This document shows, one piece after another, positions 1 to 8,871 of a DNA stretch of 37,497 bases. The notes below the pieces were generated by a model, which worked only from the letters and a program-made list of their open reading frames with translations, was not told where the DNA came from and searched no databases. The stretch comes from Syntrophomonadaceae bacterium. Lineage in GTDB: Bacteria; Bacillota; Dethiobacteria; DTU022. The DNA lies in the NCBI GenBank assembly GCA_007127255.1, contig SKZS01000064.1, positions 1 to 37,497 of the forward strand, read 5' to 3'. Each line of letters starts with the position of its first letter. Within the stretch, counting starts at the first letter, position 1. Position numbers and translations under genes: made by a program.

Positions 1-228
1 GCTTTTTCATTTCGCGAGATGAGGCGGAAAAATGAAGATTTGCAAAAGCAGGTTAAAGCATTGGAAGAGGAAAAGATTTTCCTTGAAGCACGATTGAATA
101 AAGCTGTTTCAGTGCCTGAAGAGGAAGATTTAAATGAGGAAGATAAAACTCAGCTGGAAGATCAGCCCGATGAAACGGCGGCTGTCGAAGTAGAAACGGA
201 AGAGGAACCGGATGAGCCTGAGCGGTAA
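1..228 (+). CDS. C-terminal end of an ORF entering from upstream of the window. It has a coiled-coil-like stretch followed by a strongly acidic Glu/Asp/Pro tail. Function unknown.
   Basis: Frame 1 is open from nt 1 (AFSFREMRRKNEDLQKQVKALEEEK...ETEEEPDEPER) with a stop at 226-228. It overlaps the recJ start by 17 nt. No family motif recognised. Confidence 0.4.
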   Translation, partial: AFSFREMRRKNEDLQKQVKALEEEKIFLEARLNKAVSVPEEEDLNEEDKTQLEDQPDETAAVEVETEEEPDEPER

Positions 229-2638
229 AGAGTGGATATGGCCTGATCACGATTGCAATCGCGCCGCTGCACTGGCCAAAGAAGTAAACATTTCGCCGGC
301 CCTGGCCCGGTTGCTGATCAACCGTGGACTGGAAGAACCCGGCCTTGTCGGGGAATTTTTATCTCCTGCAGCTGATCAGCTGCACTCACCCTGGTTGATG
401 CTTGGTATGGAAGAGGCAGTTTCCAGGCTGCTTAAAGCGATTGCAGATAATGAAAAAATTATTATCCACGGTGATTATGATGCAGATGGCATTACGGCAT
501 CGGTAATCCTGGTTGAAGCCCTGCAGCACCTTCAGGCCCGGGTCGAGTATTTTTTGCCCAGCCGTTTTGAAGAAGGTTACGGTCTGCACATTGACTCCTT
601 AAAACAATTTAAAGAGAACGGAGCCTCACTTGTCGTTACCGTTGATTGCGGAATAAATGCCGTAGAAGAAGCAGCCTATGCTGCCGAGATCGGGCTCGAT
701 CTGATCGTAACAGATCATCATCAACCCCTTGAGCAAATATCCGGAACGGCAGCTGTGATCAACCCGCTTCAGGAAAAGTGTCCTTATCCCTACAAGGAGC
801 TGTCGGGGGCTGGTATTGCTTTTAAACTGGCTGCTGCCTTGATGGAAAAAGCAGAAAAGCCTTTTCCATCCTGGCTTTTCGATCTTGCTGCTCTTGGCAC
901 TGCTGCCGATGTGGTGCCCCTGCTCGGCGAAAACAGGGTTATAGTATCAGCGGGACTGGAAGTAGTGCGCAGGTTGGAACGACCCGGTATTAAAGCCCTG
1001 GCTGAAGCCGTAAGTTTGAAACCGGAAAGAATTGATAGCACGGCCCTTTCTTTCATGCTGGCACCGGCTGTTAATGCAGCCGGCCGGATGGGTGAAGCAT
1101 TGCCGGCAGCCCAGCTTCTTCTTGAAAAAGATGAGGCTAAAGCAGCCAAATTAGCCAAACAGCTGCATCAGGCCAACCAGACAAGGCGTTCCACTGAACA
1201 AAATATAGTAATTGAGGCTGAAGAAATCGCTGTTGAGCTGTTATCCGGGGAAGATACTAAAATAATTACCCTGGCCTCAGAAAACTGGCATCATGGCGTG
1301 ATCGGTATTGTCGCTTCGCGCCTGGTTGAGAAATTTAACCGCCCTGTGGCCCTGATAGCCCTGGAAGACGGGGAGGGGCGCGGGTCGGCGCGCAGTATAC
1401 CGGGTTTTGATATAACTGCAGCCCTGGCCGATAATGCTGCTTTTTTGGAGCGCTTTGGCGGCCACGAACAGGCTGCAGGATTTACCGTTGTTGAAGAAAA
1501 TATTGAGAAGCTGCGTGAAGGTCTGAACAGCTATGCCGGTTTCAACCTGGAAGAAAGCCGTTTGACCCCTCGCCTACATATTGATGCGGAACTGACCGGA
1601 GCGGAAATAGATTTCGATTTGACCGAAGGATTAGATAAATTGCAGCCTTTCGGGACAGCCAATCCCAGGCCTCTTTTCGGCAGTCGGAATTGGGAGATAA
1701 ACTCCTGGCGCCTGGTTGGCAGCGACAAAAAACATCTAAAGCTTAATGTGCGCAAAGACGGGCAGACCCTTGACCCGATTATGTTTGGCGGGGTTGCCCT
1801 GGAGTCGCAGCTGGAAAAAGGGCGCCGGGTTGACCTCGCCTTCAGGTTAAAGGAGAGCTCCTATCGCGACCGTAGAACCCTGGAAACAGAATTAAAAGAT
1901 TTGCGCTACTGTGACACTGTGACCAGCAGCAGCCTGGAAGTAATTGATCTCCGCGGCAACAGAAATCGTCTCGGTATGTCAATAGAGATTCTTGGCAGGG
2001 AAGAAGGAGCCAGTATCCTTTTCGCTGCTACACTTTCCAGGGCGAATAAAATAATGGAAAGCCATACAAACCGGCAGACTCCCTTCCTTGTTACCAGCGG
2101 TGCAATGAACGGCGGGAACGACCTTCCCCGGGAAGTTAAAACGCTGTTGTTATATGACTTGCCTCTTCACGGGAGTATCATGGAGTCTATCTTCAAGAAT
2201 ATTTGCAGAGATGGTAAGCTTAAGGTATACCTTCTTTATAACAGTGACGATTTGGAGCAAAACTGCCGTTTAACCGATCTGTCTCTTCCCTCGACGGAAG
2301 ACTTGGAAACAATCATCGCCGATTTGCTGGCCACTGCCGCGGGCGGGGTAGAAATAAATTTCCCCGGGGAGGCCGGTAAAAGTTTAAGCATTAACCCTGC
2401 TAAGAGCTACTGGGAGCGAGTCGAAAGCATCCTGACTGAAATCAACCTGTTCAATAATAGAAGCCTCTCTCCGGATCAGGTGGAGATTATGAAAAGATGG
2501 CCAGGTTGTCTCGAGCAATCGCCAACTTATCGTGCTACCCGGGAGCTTATGGAAAGCTGTGAGAGCTTTCAGCGCTTATTCCTCGGCGGATCCCTCGATG
2601 AAATTGCCGCTTATCTCCGCAACCTCAGTACCAGGTAA
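212..2638 (+). CDS. recJ: Single-stranded-DNA-specific exonuclease RecJ (long Firmicutes-type, 808 aa)
   Basis: DHH-family motifs IIIHGDYDADGITAS, VTVDCG and IVTDHHQP, plus the DHHA1 motif GGHEQAAGFT. It sits upstream of rel, as is usual in Bacillota. Confidence 0.9.
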   Translation: MSLSGKEWIWPDHDCNRAAALAKEVNISPALARLLINRGLEEPGLVGEFLSPAADQLHSPWLMLGMEEAVSRLLKAIADNEKIIIHGDYDADGITASVILVEALQHLQARVEYFLPSRFEEGYGLHIDSLKQFKENGASLVVTVDCGINAVEEAAYAAEIGLDLIVTDHHQPLEQISGTAAVINPLQEKCPYPYKELSGAGIAFKLAAALMEKAEKPFPSWLFDLAALGTAADVVPLLGENRVIVSAGLEVVRRLERPGIKALAEAVSLKPERIDSTALSFMLAPAVNAAGRMGEALPAAQLLLEKDEAKAAKLAKQLHQANQTRRSTEQNIVIEAEEIAVELLSGEDTKIITLASENWHHGVIGIVASRLVEKFNRPVALIALEDGEGRGSARSIPGFDITAALADNAAFLERFGGHEQAAGFTVVEENIEKLREGLNSYAGFNLEESRLTPRLHIDAELTGAEIDFDLTEGLDKLQPFGTANPRPLFGSRNWEINSWRLVGSDKKHLKLNVRKDGQTLDPIMFGGVALESQLEKGRRVDLAFRLKESSYRDRRTLETELKDLRYCDTVTSSSLEVIDLRGNRNRLGMSIEILGREEGASILFAATLSRANKIMESHTNRQTPFLVTSGAMNGGNDLPREVKTLLLYDLPLHGSIMESIFKNICRDGKLKVYLLYNSDDLEQNCRLTDLSLPSTEDLETIIADLLATAAGGVEINFPGEAGKSLSINPAKSYWERVESILTEINLFNNRSLSPDQVEIMKRWPGCLEQSPTYRATRELMESCESFQRLFLGGSLDEIAAYLRNLSTR

Positions 2639-2768
2639 TCGATTGCTATAGAATTTACAGCCATTTTTTAGTATTATAGATATTGTTGAATCAGGTTCTA
2701 TCCTGATCGAGGTTTTATTTTCTTGCCCGGAATTCATGCAGGGTAAGCATCTCTGGGGATTGTTTAAG

Positions 2769-4955
2769 ATGACCGTTAAAGAAAAAAAGCTAAATGAACT
2801 TAAAAAAAGGATCCAGCGCTATTATCCCGACCTGGAAGATTGGGCCCTGGTTGAAAAAGCCTATCAATATTCCCTGGAGGCTCATTCCGGTCAGCTTCGT
2901 GAATCAGGCGAGTCTTATATTACACACCCTATTGGCGTGGCAATTATTCTCACTGAGCTGGAGCTCGACCTGGTAACAATTATTGCCGGCTTGCTGCATG
3001 ATGTAGTTGAAGATACAGGGCGGACCATTGAAGATATCCGGGAAGAGTTTGGCGAAGAGGTATCTGTGCTGGTAGATGGTGTGACCAAATTAAGCCGCCT
3101 TGATTTCACCTCCAAGGAAGAGCAACAGGCAGAAACCCTGCGGAAAATGTTTATTGCCATGGCCCGCGATATCAGGGTGGTTTTGATTAAACTGGCAGAC
3201 CGTACCCATAACCTGCGTACCCTGCGTTACCTGAATACTTACAAGCAAAAAGAGATTGCCCGAGAAACTTTAGAAATCTATGCCCCGCTGGCCCACCGTT
3301 TAGGGATTTATATGATCAAGTGGGAGCTTGAAGATTTAGCATTTCGTTACATGCAACCGGAAGAATACTTTCAGCTGGTTGAAAAGCTGGATAAGAAAAG
3401 ACGTGAGCGGGAAAAATTTATTAACCGAATTATATGGATTTTGCAGGATTACCTTTCTGAAGCTTCAATCGAGGCAGAAATTCAGGGCCGGCCGAAACAC
3501 CTCTACAGCATTTATAATAAAATGAAAACCCAGGGCAAAGATATCAGTGAGATCTATGACCTGACCGCAGTTCGTATCATTGTCGATACGGTTAAAGACT
3601 GCTATCATACCCTGGGGATTGTTCATACCATCTGGAAGCCGATTCCCGGACGCTTTAAAGATTTTATTGCCATGCCTAAGCCCAACATGTACCAGTCCCT
3701 GCATACCACGGTCTTTGCCGCTGAAAATGAGTTGGCCGAAATCCAGATTAGAACCTGGGATATGCACCGCACCGCAGAGTATGGTATTGCCGCCCACTGG
3801 CGTTACAAAGAGAAACCCGGGGAGTCAATTGAAGTTGACGACAAACTAACCTGGCTGCGGCAGCTAATGGAATGGCAGAGTGACTATCGTGATGCCCGCG
3901 ATTTTATCAAGGATTTAAAAGGAGATTTATTTACGGATGAAGTTTTTGTTTTTACCCCCAAAGGCGATGTGATCGATCTGCCTATCGGTTCGGTAACTTT
4001 AGATTTTGCTTATAAAATTCACACCGATATAGGTAATCACTGTACGGGGGCCCGGGTAAATGGCCGCCTGGTGCCACTTGATTACCAGCTGAAGACCGGT
4101 GATATGGTTGAGGTAGTTACTTCCAAGCAGGGTTCACCAAGTCGTGATTGGCTCAAACTGGTAAAAACTTCGCATGCCAAGAACAAAATTCGGACCTGGT
4201 TTAAGAAAGAGCGCCGCGAAGAAAATGTTGAAAAAGGGCGTGAAATGATTGAAAGGGAAATCAAGCGGATAAACGTTGATGAGCGGCTGCACTTGAAAAA
4301 CGATCTTTTAGATGAAGTGGCCAGCTCGTTTAAGCTTATTTCGGTTGAAGATCTTTACGCTGCAGTCGGTTATGGAGGAGTATCAGTTCATCAGGTAATA
4401 AGCCGGATGCGGGATGAGTATAAACGCAGGCATAAAGATAAAGAACCGGAAGAGGTTTTACCAGATTTTAAACCGGTTAAAAAGCAGAAAATGGGGTCTC
4501 CCGGAGTTAGGATCCAGGGTATGGACGATCTTTTGATGCGGGTTTCCCGCTGTTGCAACCCGGTTCCCGGTGATGATATTAAAGGCCTGGTTACCCGCGG
4601 ACGCGGAGTTTCAATCCATCGCAGTGATTGTCCCAACTTAAGAAATTTTAAAGGTGATAAGAATAGGCTGCTGGAAGCTTCCTGGGAAAGTGAAGAGGGC
4701 GCCTCCTACCCGGTTGAAATAGAAATTGATGCTTACGATCGCAAAAACCTTTTGTCTGATATTATGACTGCCGTTAACGAAAGCAAAATCGAAGTAACTG
4801 CTGTTTCAGCCCGGGCCGATAAAAACAAGGAAGCTTCCATTCACATGACACTTATCGTTAGAGACCAGGTTCATCTTGATCAAATTATGACCAAAATAGG
4901 CAAGATTAAAGAAGTTTACTCAGTCAGTCGTTATGTTTACGGTTCTAAAAGTTAA
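2769..4955 (+). CDS. rel: Bifunctional (p)ppGpp synthetase/hydrolase Rel (RelA/SpoT homologue)
   Basis: HD hydrolase motif LLHDVVEDT, synthetase block [11 protein letters not shown] region [14 protein letters not shown] and a C-terminal ACT-like region. The ORF opens at ATG 2736, but ATG 2769 (MTVKEKK) has a GGGGA run about 10 nt upstream and gives the usual N-terminus. Confidence 0.92.
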   Translation: MTVKEKKLNELKKRIQRYYPDLEDWALVEKAYQYSLEAHSGQLRESGESYITHPIGVAIILTELELDLVTIIAGLLHDVVEDTGRTIEDIREEFGEEVSVLVDGVTKLSRLDFTSKEEQQAETLRKMFIAMARDIRVVLIKLADRTHNLRTLRYLNTYKQKEIARETLEIYAPLAHRLGIYMIKWELEDLAFRYMQPEEYFQLVEKLDKKRREREKFINRIIWILQDYLSEASIEAEIQGRPKHLYSIYNKMKTQGKDISEIYDLTAVRIIVDTVKDCYHTLGIVHTIWKPIPGRFKDFIAMPKPNMYQSLHTTVFAAENELAEIQIRTWDMHRTAEYGIAAHWRYKEKPGESIEVDDKLTWLRQLMEWQSDYRDARDFIKDLKGDLFTDEVFVFTPKGDVIDLPIGSVTLDFAYKIHTDIGNHCTGARVNGRLVPLDYQLKTGDMVEVVTSKQGSPSRDWLKLVKTSHAKNKIRTWFKKERREENVEKGREMIEREIKRINVDERLHLKNDLLDEVASSFKLISVEDLYAAVGYGGVSVHQVISRMRDEYKRRHKDKEPEEVLPDFKPVKKQKMGSPGVRIQGMDDLLMRVSRCCNPVPGDDIKGLVTRGRGVSIHRSDCPNLRNFKGDKNRLLEASWESEEGASYPVEIEIDAYDRKNLLSDIMTAVNESKIEVTAVSARADKNKEASIHMTLIVRDQVHLDQIMTKIGKIKEVYSVSRYVYGSKS

Positions 4956-4975
4956 CCGGGTATCGGAGGCCTTTT

Positions 4976-5425
4976 ATGAGAGCGGTAGTGCAGCGTGTTT
5001 CCCGGGCCAGGGTGGAAGTAGAAGGTGAAATAGTCGGCCGGATTGACAGGGGGCTGGTTGTATTTCTTGGTGTCGGGAAAGAAGACGCCCCTGCAGACAG
5101 TGACTATATGGCAGGTAAAATTTCGGGGCTAAGAATTTTTGAAGATAAAGAAGGACTGATGAACCTTTCAGTGCAGGATATTGGTGCAGAAATCCTGAGT
5201 ATTTCTCAGTTTACCCTTTATGGTGATTGCCGCAAAGGCCGTCGGCCCGGTTTTTCTGATGCCGCCCCACCCGGTCTGGCGGAAGAACTATACGAGCGCT
5301 TTAACGAAAACTTATGCCGCGAGGGCATTACCGTAGCTAAAGGGCGCTTTCAGGCCGAGATGCGTATAGTTGCTGACAATGACGGGCCGGTAACCATGCT
5401 GCTGGACAGCAAGAAGCTATTTTAG
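4976..5425 (+). CDS. dtd: D-aminoacyl-tRNA deacylase
   Basis: 149 aa with MRAVVQRV start, SQFTLYGD and NDGPVT motifs. The rel-dtd-hisS order is conserved. Confidence 0.9.
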   Translation: MRAVVQRVSRARVEVEGEIVGRIDRGLVVFLGVGKEDAPADSDYMAGKISGLRIFEDKEGLMNLSVQDIGAEILSISQFTLYGDCRKGRRPGFSDAAPPGLAEELYERFNENLCREGITVAKGRFQAEMRIVADNDGPVTMLLDSKKLF

Positions 5426-5449
5426 ATATGAATGGAGAGGAGCACAAAG

Positions 5450-8400
5450 ATGAATTACAAGGCACCCCGAGGAACCCGTGATATACTACCTGATGAAGCA
5501 AAAAAATGGCAGCACCTGGAAAAGAGGTTCAGTGATTTTTGTAATCTCTACGGCTTTGGAGAAATTCGTACTCCCATGTTCGAGCAAACTGAATTATTTG
5601 TCCGCAGTGTCGGTGAAGATAGCGACATCGTTTCAAAAGAGATGTATACATTCAAGGATCGCAGCGGACGCGATTTAACGCTGCGCCCCGAATTGACCGC
5701 GGCCGTGGCGCGGGCCTACCTTGAACATAACCTTAAGGAGCAACCTCAACCGGTTAAACTTTATTATATCGGGCCGATGTTTCGTTACGATCGCCCCCAG
5801 GCAGGCCGCTATCGTCAGTTTAACCAGTTCGGACTGGAAATATTCGGAGCGGCCGGCGCCGCTGCAGATACAGAAATAATTGCTTTTTGTTATAACTTTT
5901 TTCGTTCACTGGAAATTGAAAAATTATCGATTGAGTTAAATAGTGTCGGCTGCCCGGAATGCCGTCCGCAGTTTCGTGATGTCCTGGTCCCTTTCCTGGA
6001 GAATGCCGAAGGAAGTCTTTGTGGAGAATGTGTTAAACGTTATCAGAATAATCCTATGCGTGTTCTCGACTGCAAAACGGAAAGCTGCCAGTCTATCGTT
6101 GAAGCTGCGCCGAAAATGACCGACCACCTGTGCTCCGATTGTGATCGGCATTTTTCTGCTGTTAAGGAACTATTAAACATGCTTGAAGTGCCATATAACC
6201 TGAACAGCCGTCTTGTGCGCGGCCTTGATTATTACACCCGGACAGCTTTTGAGATAACCGCCGGCGCTACAGGAGCCCAGGCATCGCTTTGTGGTGGCGG
6301 CCGCTACGATCACCTTGTAGAACATTGCGGTGGGCCACCGACCCCGGGAGTTGGTGTCGCTTTTGGGGTTGAAAGAATACTTTTGACCATGGATTGGAGT
6401 AAGCAGGTCACAAAGACCGCAGCAGCAATCTATATTGCTTCGGCCGGAGATGGTCTGGTAGGAAATTCACTAATCCTGGCCTCTGAATTACGGCAGAGGG
6501 GGATTGCCGCCGAAACAGAAATGATGGAGCGCAGCTTGAAAGGACAAATGAAGTATGCCGGGCGAAAGGGTTATCAGTATGTAGCGATTATCGGTGAAGA
6601 TGAAATTAAACGCGGACTTATAACCGTACGCAATATGGAAAGCGGCGAACAGCAGGAACTGCCCCGGGAAGCTTTCTTCGAATTGTTTTTACAGCAGCAG
6701 GCTGAGGAAGAAGAAAAACCTGCTGCTTCTGACCCCGCACATGTAATACTGCCGCCTTTGGGTAAAGCCGACAAGAAAACACATTACTGTGGAACGCTTA
6801 ATCATGACCATGTAAATAACAGGGTGAAGCTGGCCGGGTGGGTCGGCAAACGTCGTGATCATGGCGGTTTGATCTTTATCGATTTAAGAGATCGCAGTGG
6901 AGTGATGCAGCTGGTTTTTGATCAACAGGCAGGTGCCGAACTCTTCAGGCAGGCTGAAAACCTGCGCAGCGAGTATGTTGTTGCCGTTGAAGGTGAGGTA
7001 GTCGGCCGTTCAGAGGATACGATCAACCCTGACCTGCCTACAGGCGATATTGAACTGCGGGTTGAAGTAATGGAGGTTTTAAACCCCTCCAAAACCCCGC
7101 CTTTTTATATTGAAGATGATATTTACGTTGACGAAAACCTGCGTCTGCGCTACCGCTACCTTGATTTAAGGAGGCCAGAGATGCTCGGCCGCCTGCAGCT
7201 GCGCCACAGGGCGGTAAAAATGGTTCGCGATTATATGGACCGTTATGATTTTCTTGAAATTGAAACCCCGATGCTGACTCGCAGTACGCCGGAGGGGGCG
7301 AGAGATTTCCTCGTGCCCAGCCGGATGCATCCCGGTGAATTTTATGCCCTGCCCCAATCCCCCCAGCTTTTTAAGCAGCTGTTGATGGTTAGCGGTGTTG
7401 AGCGTTACTTTCAGATTGTGCGCTGTTTTCGTGATGAAGATCTCAGGGCTGACCGACAGCCTGAGTTTACCCAGGTTGATATTGAAACTTCATTTTTCGG
7501 CCAGGAGAACCTATTTGCCCTCATTGAAGGCCTGGCTGCCCTCCTGTGGAGAGAGATTAAAGGGATAGATATCAAGCTGCCTTTTTTACGCATGCCATAC
7601 AGGGAGGCTATGAACCGTTTTGGTTCAGATAAACCCGATCTCCGCTTTGGCATGGAACTGGTCGATCTTAATGATTTAGCGGTTAAAAGTCAGTTTAAGG
7701 TTTTTACTTCAGCCCTGGAAAACGGTGGTTCAGTCAAAGGTCTGCGTGTTGAAAATGGCAAAAAGATGAGTCGTAAAGACCTCGATGATCTGACCCTGCT
7801 GGCTCGCCAGCTTGGCGCCAGGGGATTGGCCTGGGTCTACGTGGAAGAAAATGGCTGGCGCTCGCCAATCAGTAAATTCTTCGACAATGCCCTGATCGAT
7901 GATATAAACCGCAAAATGAATGCCGGGGTTGATGACGTTTTACTCTTTGTTGCTGACACATGGCAAACCACATGTAATGTGCTCGGTTACCTGAGGCGCC
8001 ATCTGGCTCCGGATGTAATTGCAGCTGCGCCACATTTTCTCTGGGTAGTTGATTTTCCCCTTTTCCACTATGATGAAGAAGAAAAGCGTTTTGAATCCGA
8101 CCACCACCCCTTTACCGCGCCCAGGGTTGAAGATGTTCCTATTTTAGAGAGCGATCCCCTGGGAGTTCGGGCCCAGGCTTATGACCTCGTTCTGGATGGT
8201 GTAGAGATTGGCGGGGGAAGTACCCGTATTCATGATAGTGCTATCCAGGAAAGGATCTTTAAGCTGCTCGGGTTATCTGAAGAGGAAAGCAGGGAAAAGT
8301 TTGGCTTTTTGCTTGAAGCGCTCTCTTTTGGGGCTCCCCCGCACGGAGGGATTGCGCTCGGTTTGGACCGCCTGGTTGCCCTTTTATCCGGTGACGAATC

Positions 8401-8533
8401 AATCCGGCAGGTGATTCCCTTTCCGAAAACCGCCGCAGCCAGCTGCCTGATGACCAGCGCTCCGGCAAATGTCGACGACAAACAGCTGAGTGAGCTTAAA
8501 ATAGAGCTTCAAAAGCAGCAAGAAGAAGATTAA
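5450..8533 (+). CDS. hisS-aspS: Histidyl-tRNA synthetase and aspartyl-tRNA synthetase encoded as one continuous ORF (HisRS domain to about nt 6700, linker about 6701-6775, AspRS domain to 8533)
   Basis: HisRS motifs: RGTRDILP, FRYDRPQAGRYRQFNQ, GGGRYD. AspRS motifs: THYCG, GWVGKRRDHGGLIFIDLRDRSG, FRDEDLRADRQPEFTQVD, GGGSTRIH, GLDRLV. There is no in-frame stop between the two. The start is placed at ATG 5450 (GGAGAGGAG 7 nt upstream) rather than the ORF-track ATG 5432. Confidence 0.85.
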   Translation: MNYKAPRGTRDILPDEAKKWQHLEKRFSDFCNLYGFGEIRTPMFEQTELFVRSVGEDSDIVSKEMYTFKDRSGRDLTLRPELTAAVARAYLEHNLKEQPQPVKLYYIGPMFRYDRPQAGRYRQFNQFGLEIFGAAGAAADTEIIAFCYNFFRSLEIEKLSIELNSVGCPECRPQFRDVLVPFLENAEGSLCGECVKRYQNNPMRVLDCKTESCQSIVEAAPKMTDHLCSDCDRHFSAVKELLNMLEVPYNLNSRLVRGLDYYTRTAFEITAGATGAQASLCGGGRYDHLVEHCGGPPTPGVGVAFGVERILLTMDWSKQVTKTAAAIYIASAGDGLVGNSLILASELRQRGIAAETEMMERSLKGQMKYAGRKGYQYVAIIGEDEIKRGLITVRNMESGEQQELPREAFFELFLQQQAEEEEKPAASDPAHVILPPLGKADKKTHYCGTLNHDHVNNRVKLAGWVGKRRDHGGLIFIDLRDRSGVMQLVFDQQAGAELFRQAENLRSEYVVAVEGEVVGRSEDTINPDLPTGDIELRVEVMEVLNPSKTPPFYIEDDIYVDENLRLRYRYLDLRRPEMLGRLQLRHRAVKMVRDYMDRYDFLEIETPMLTRSTPEGARDFLVPSRMHPGEFYALPQSPQLFKQLLMVSGVERYFQIVRCFRDEDLRADRQPEFTQVDIETSFFGQENLFALIEGLAALLWREIKGIDIKLPFLRMPYREAMNRFGSDKPDLRFGMELVDLNDLAVKSQFKVFTSALENGGSVKGLRVENGKKMSRKDLDDLTLLARQLGARGLAWVYVEENGWRSPISKFFDNALIDDINRKMNAGVDDVLLFVADTWQTTCNVLGYLRRHLAPDVIAAAPHFLWVVDFPLFHYDEEEKRFESDHHPFTAPRVEDVPILESDPLGVRAQAYDLVLDGVEIGGGSTRIHDSAIQERIFKLLGLSEEESREKFGFLLEALSFGAPPHGGIALGLDRLVALLSGDESIRQVIPFPKTAAASCLMTSAPANVDDKQLSELKIELQKQQEED

Positions 8534-8560
8534 GGGCGAAAAACGGTAATGCCTCAAGCT

Positions 8561-8588
8561 TGCGCCAGATTCAGTTTTGTGCTATGAT
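8561..8588 (+). promoter_or_regulatory. Candidate sigma-A-type promoter for the downstream ncRNA
   Basis: TTGCGC (8561-8566), 16-nt spacer, TATGAT (8583-8588). Confidence 0.35.
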
Positions 8589-8595
8589 TTTTATG

Positions 8596-8797
8596 CAAAA
8601 GATAGTATTACGGGGTATCGCCCTGCGGTGTTCGTGACAACCGATAAGTTTTGAGCTAACACTTATACAATGGGAACCCGGACTTCAGTTGTGGAGCAGA
8701 AGCCTTTGCAAAGGGGACCTGTAAATCAACTGAGAGGGTACCCACCTTTCGGGGGAACAGTTCAAAACAACGGCCCACGGCACAGCGGGGTTTTTTA
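8596..8797 (+). ncRNA. ssrS: 6S RNA-like regulatory RNA: extended hairpin with central bubble, ending in a U-tract
   Basis: Closing stem 8621-8636 (CCCTGCGGTGTTCGTG) pairs with 8776-8790 (CACGGCACAGCGGGG). GTTTTGA 8648-8654 pairs with TCAAAAC 8762-8768. TGGGAACCC 8671-8679 pairs with GGGTACCCA 8736-8744. CAGTTG 8686-8691 pairs with CAACTG 8727-8732. The apical hairpin is CCTT-TGCA-AAGG. Unpaired 14-15-nt strands (8657-8670 and 8745-8759) form a central bubble, and T6 follows at 8791-8796. The overlapping ORFs on both strands look spurious. Confidence 0.6.
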
Positions 8798-8810
8798 TTG
8801 CTTATTAGCA

Positions 8811-8819
8811 TGCTATAAT
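8811..8819 (+). promoter_or_regulatory. Extended -10 promoter element upstream of mgtE
   Basis: TGcTATAAT at 8811-8819, about 50 nt upstream of the mgtE ATG. No good -35 hexamer. Confidence 0.4.
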
Positions 8820-8871
8820 AAAACTTGTTTGGCCCAAAACTCCCCACAAAACTTACCGGGAGCTGGTAAAT

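Noticed and set aside
463-471. DnaA-box-like TTATCCACG inside recJ
   Set aside because: It is a single 8-of-9 match within coding sequence with no cluster of boxes and no AT-rich unwinding element, so it is most likely chance.
2654-2707. Possible rel promoter (TTTACA ... TATAGA) and a small hairpin ATCAGG-TTCTAT-CCTGAT in the recJ-rel spacer
   Set aside because: The hexamer spacing is off (15 nt, or a poor -10 at 17 nt). The 6-bp stem is too weak to call a terminator or attenuator with any confidence.
8534-8871. Expected an M-box (ykoK) Mg2+ riboswitch upstream of mgtE
   Set aside because: I could not find the conserved M-box core (for example a GTTAGGTGAGGC-like segment). The structured RNA ends in its own terminator and is followed by a separate extended -10 promoter only about 50 nt from the mgtE ATG. 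A 6S-like fold explains it better.
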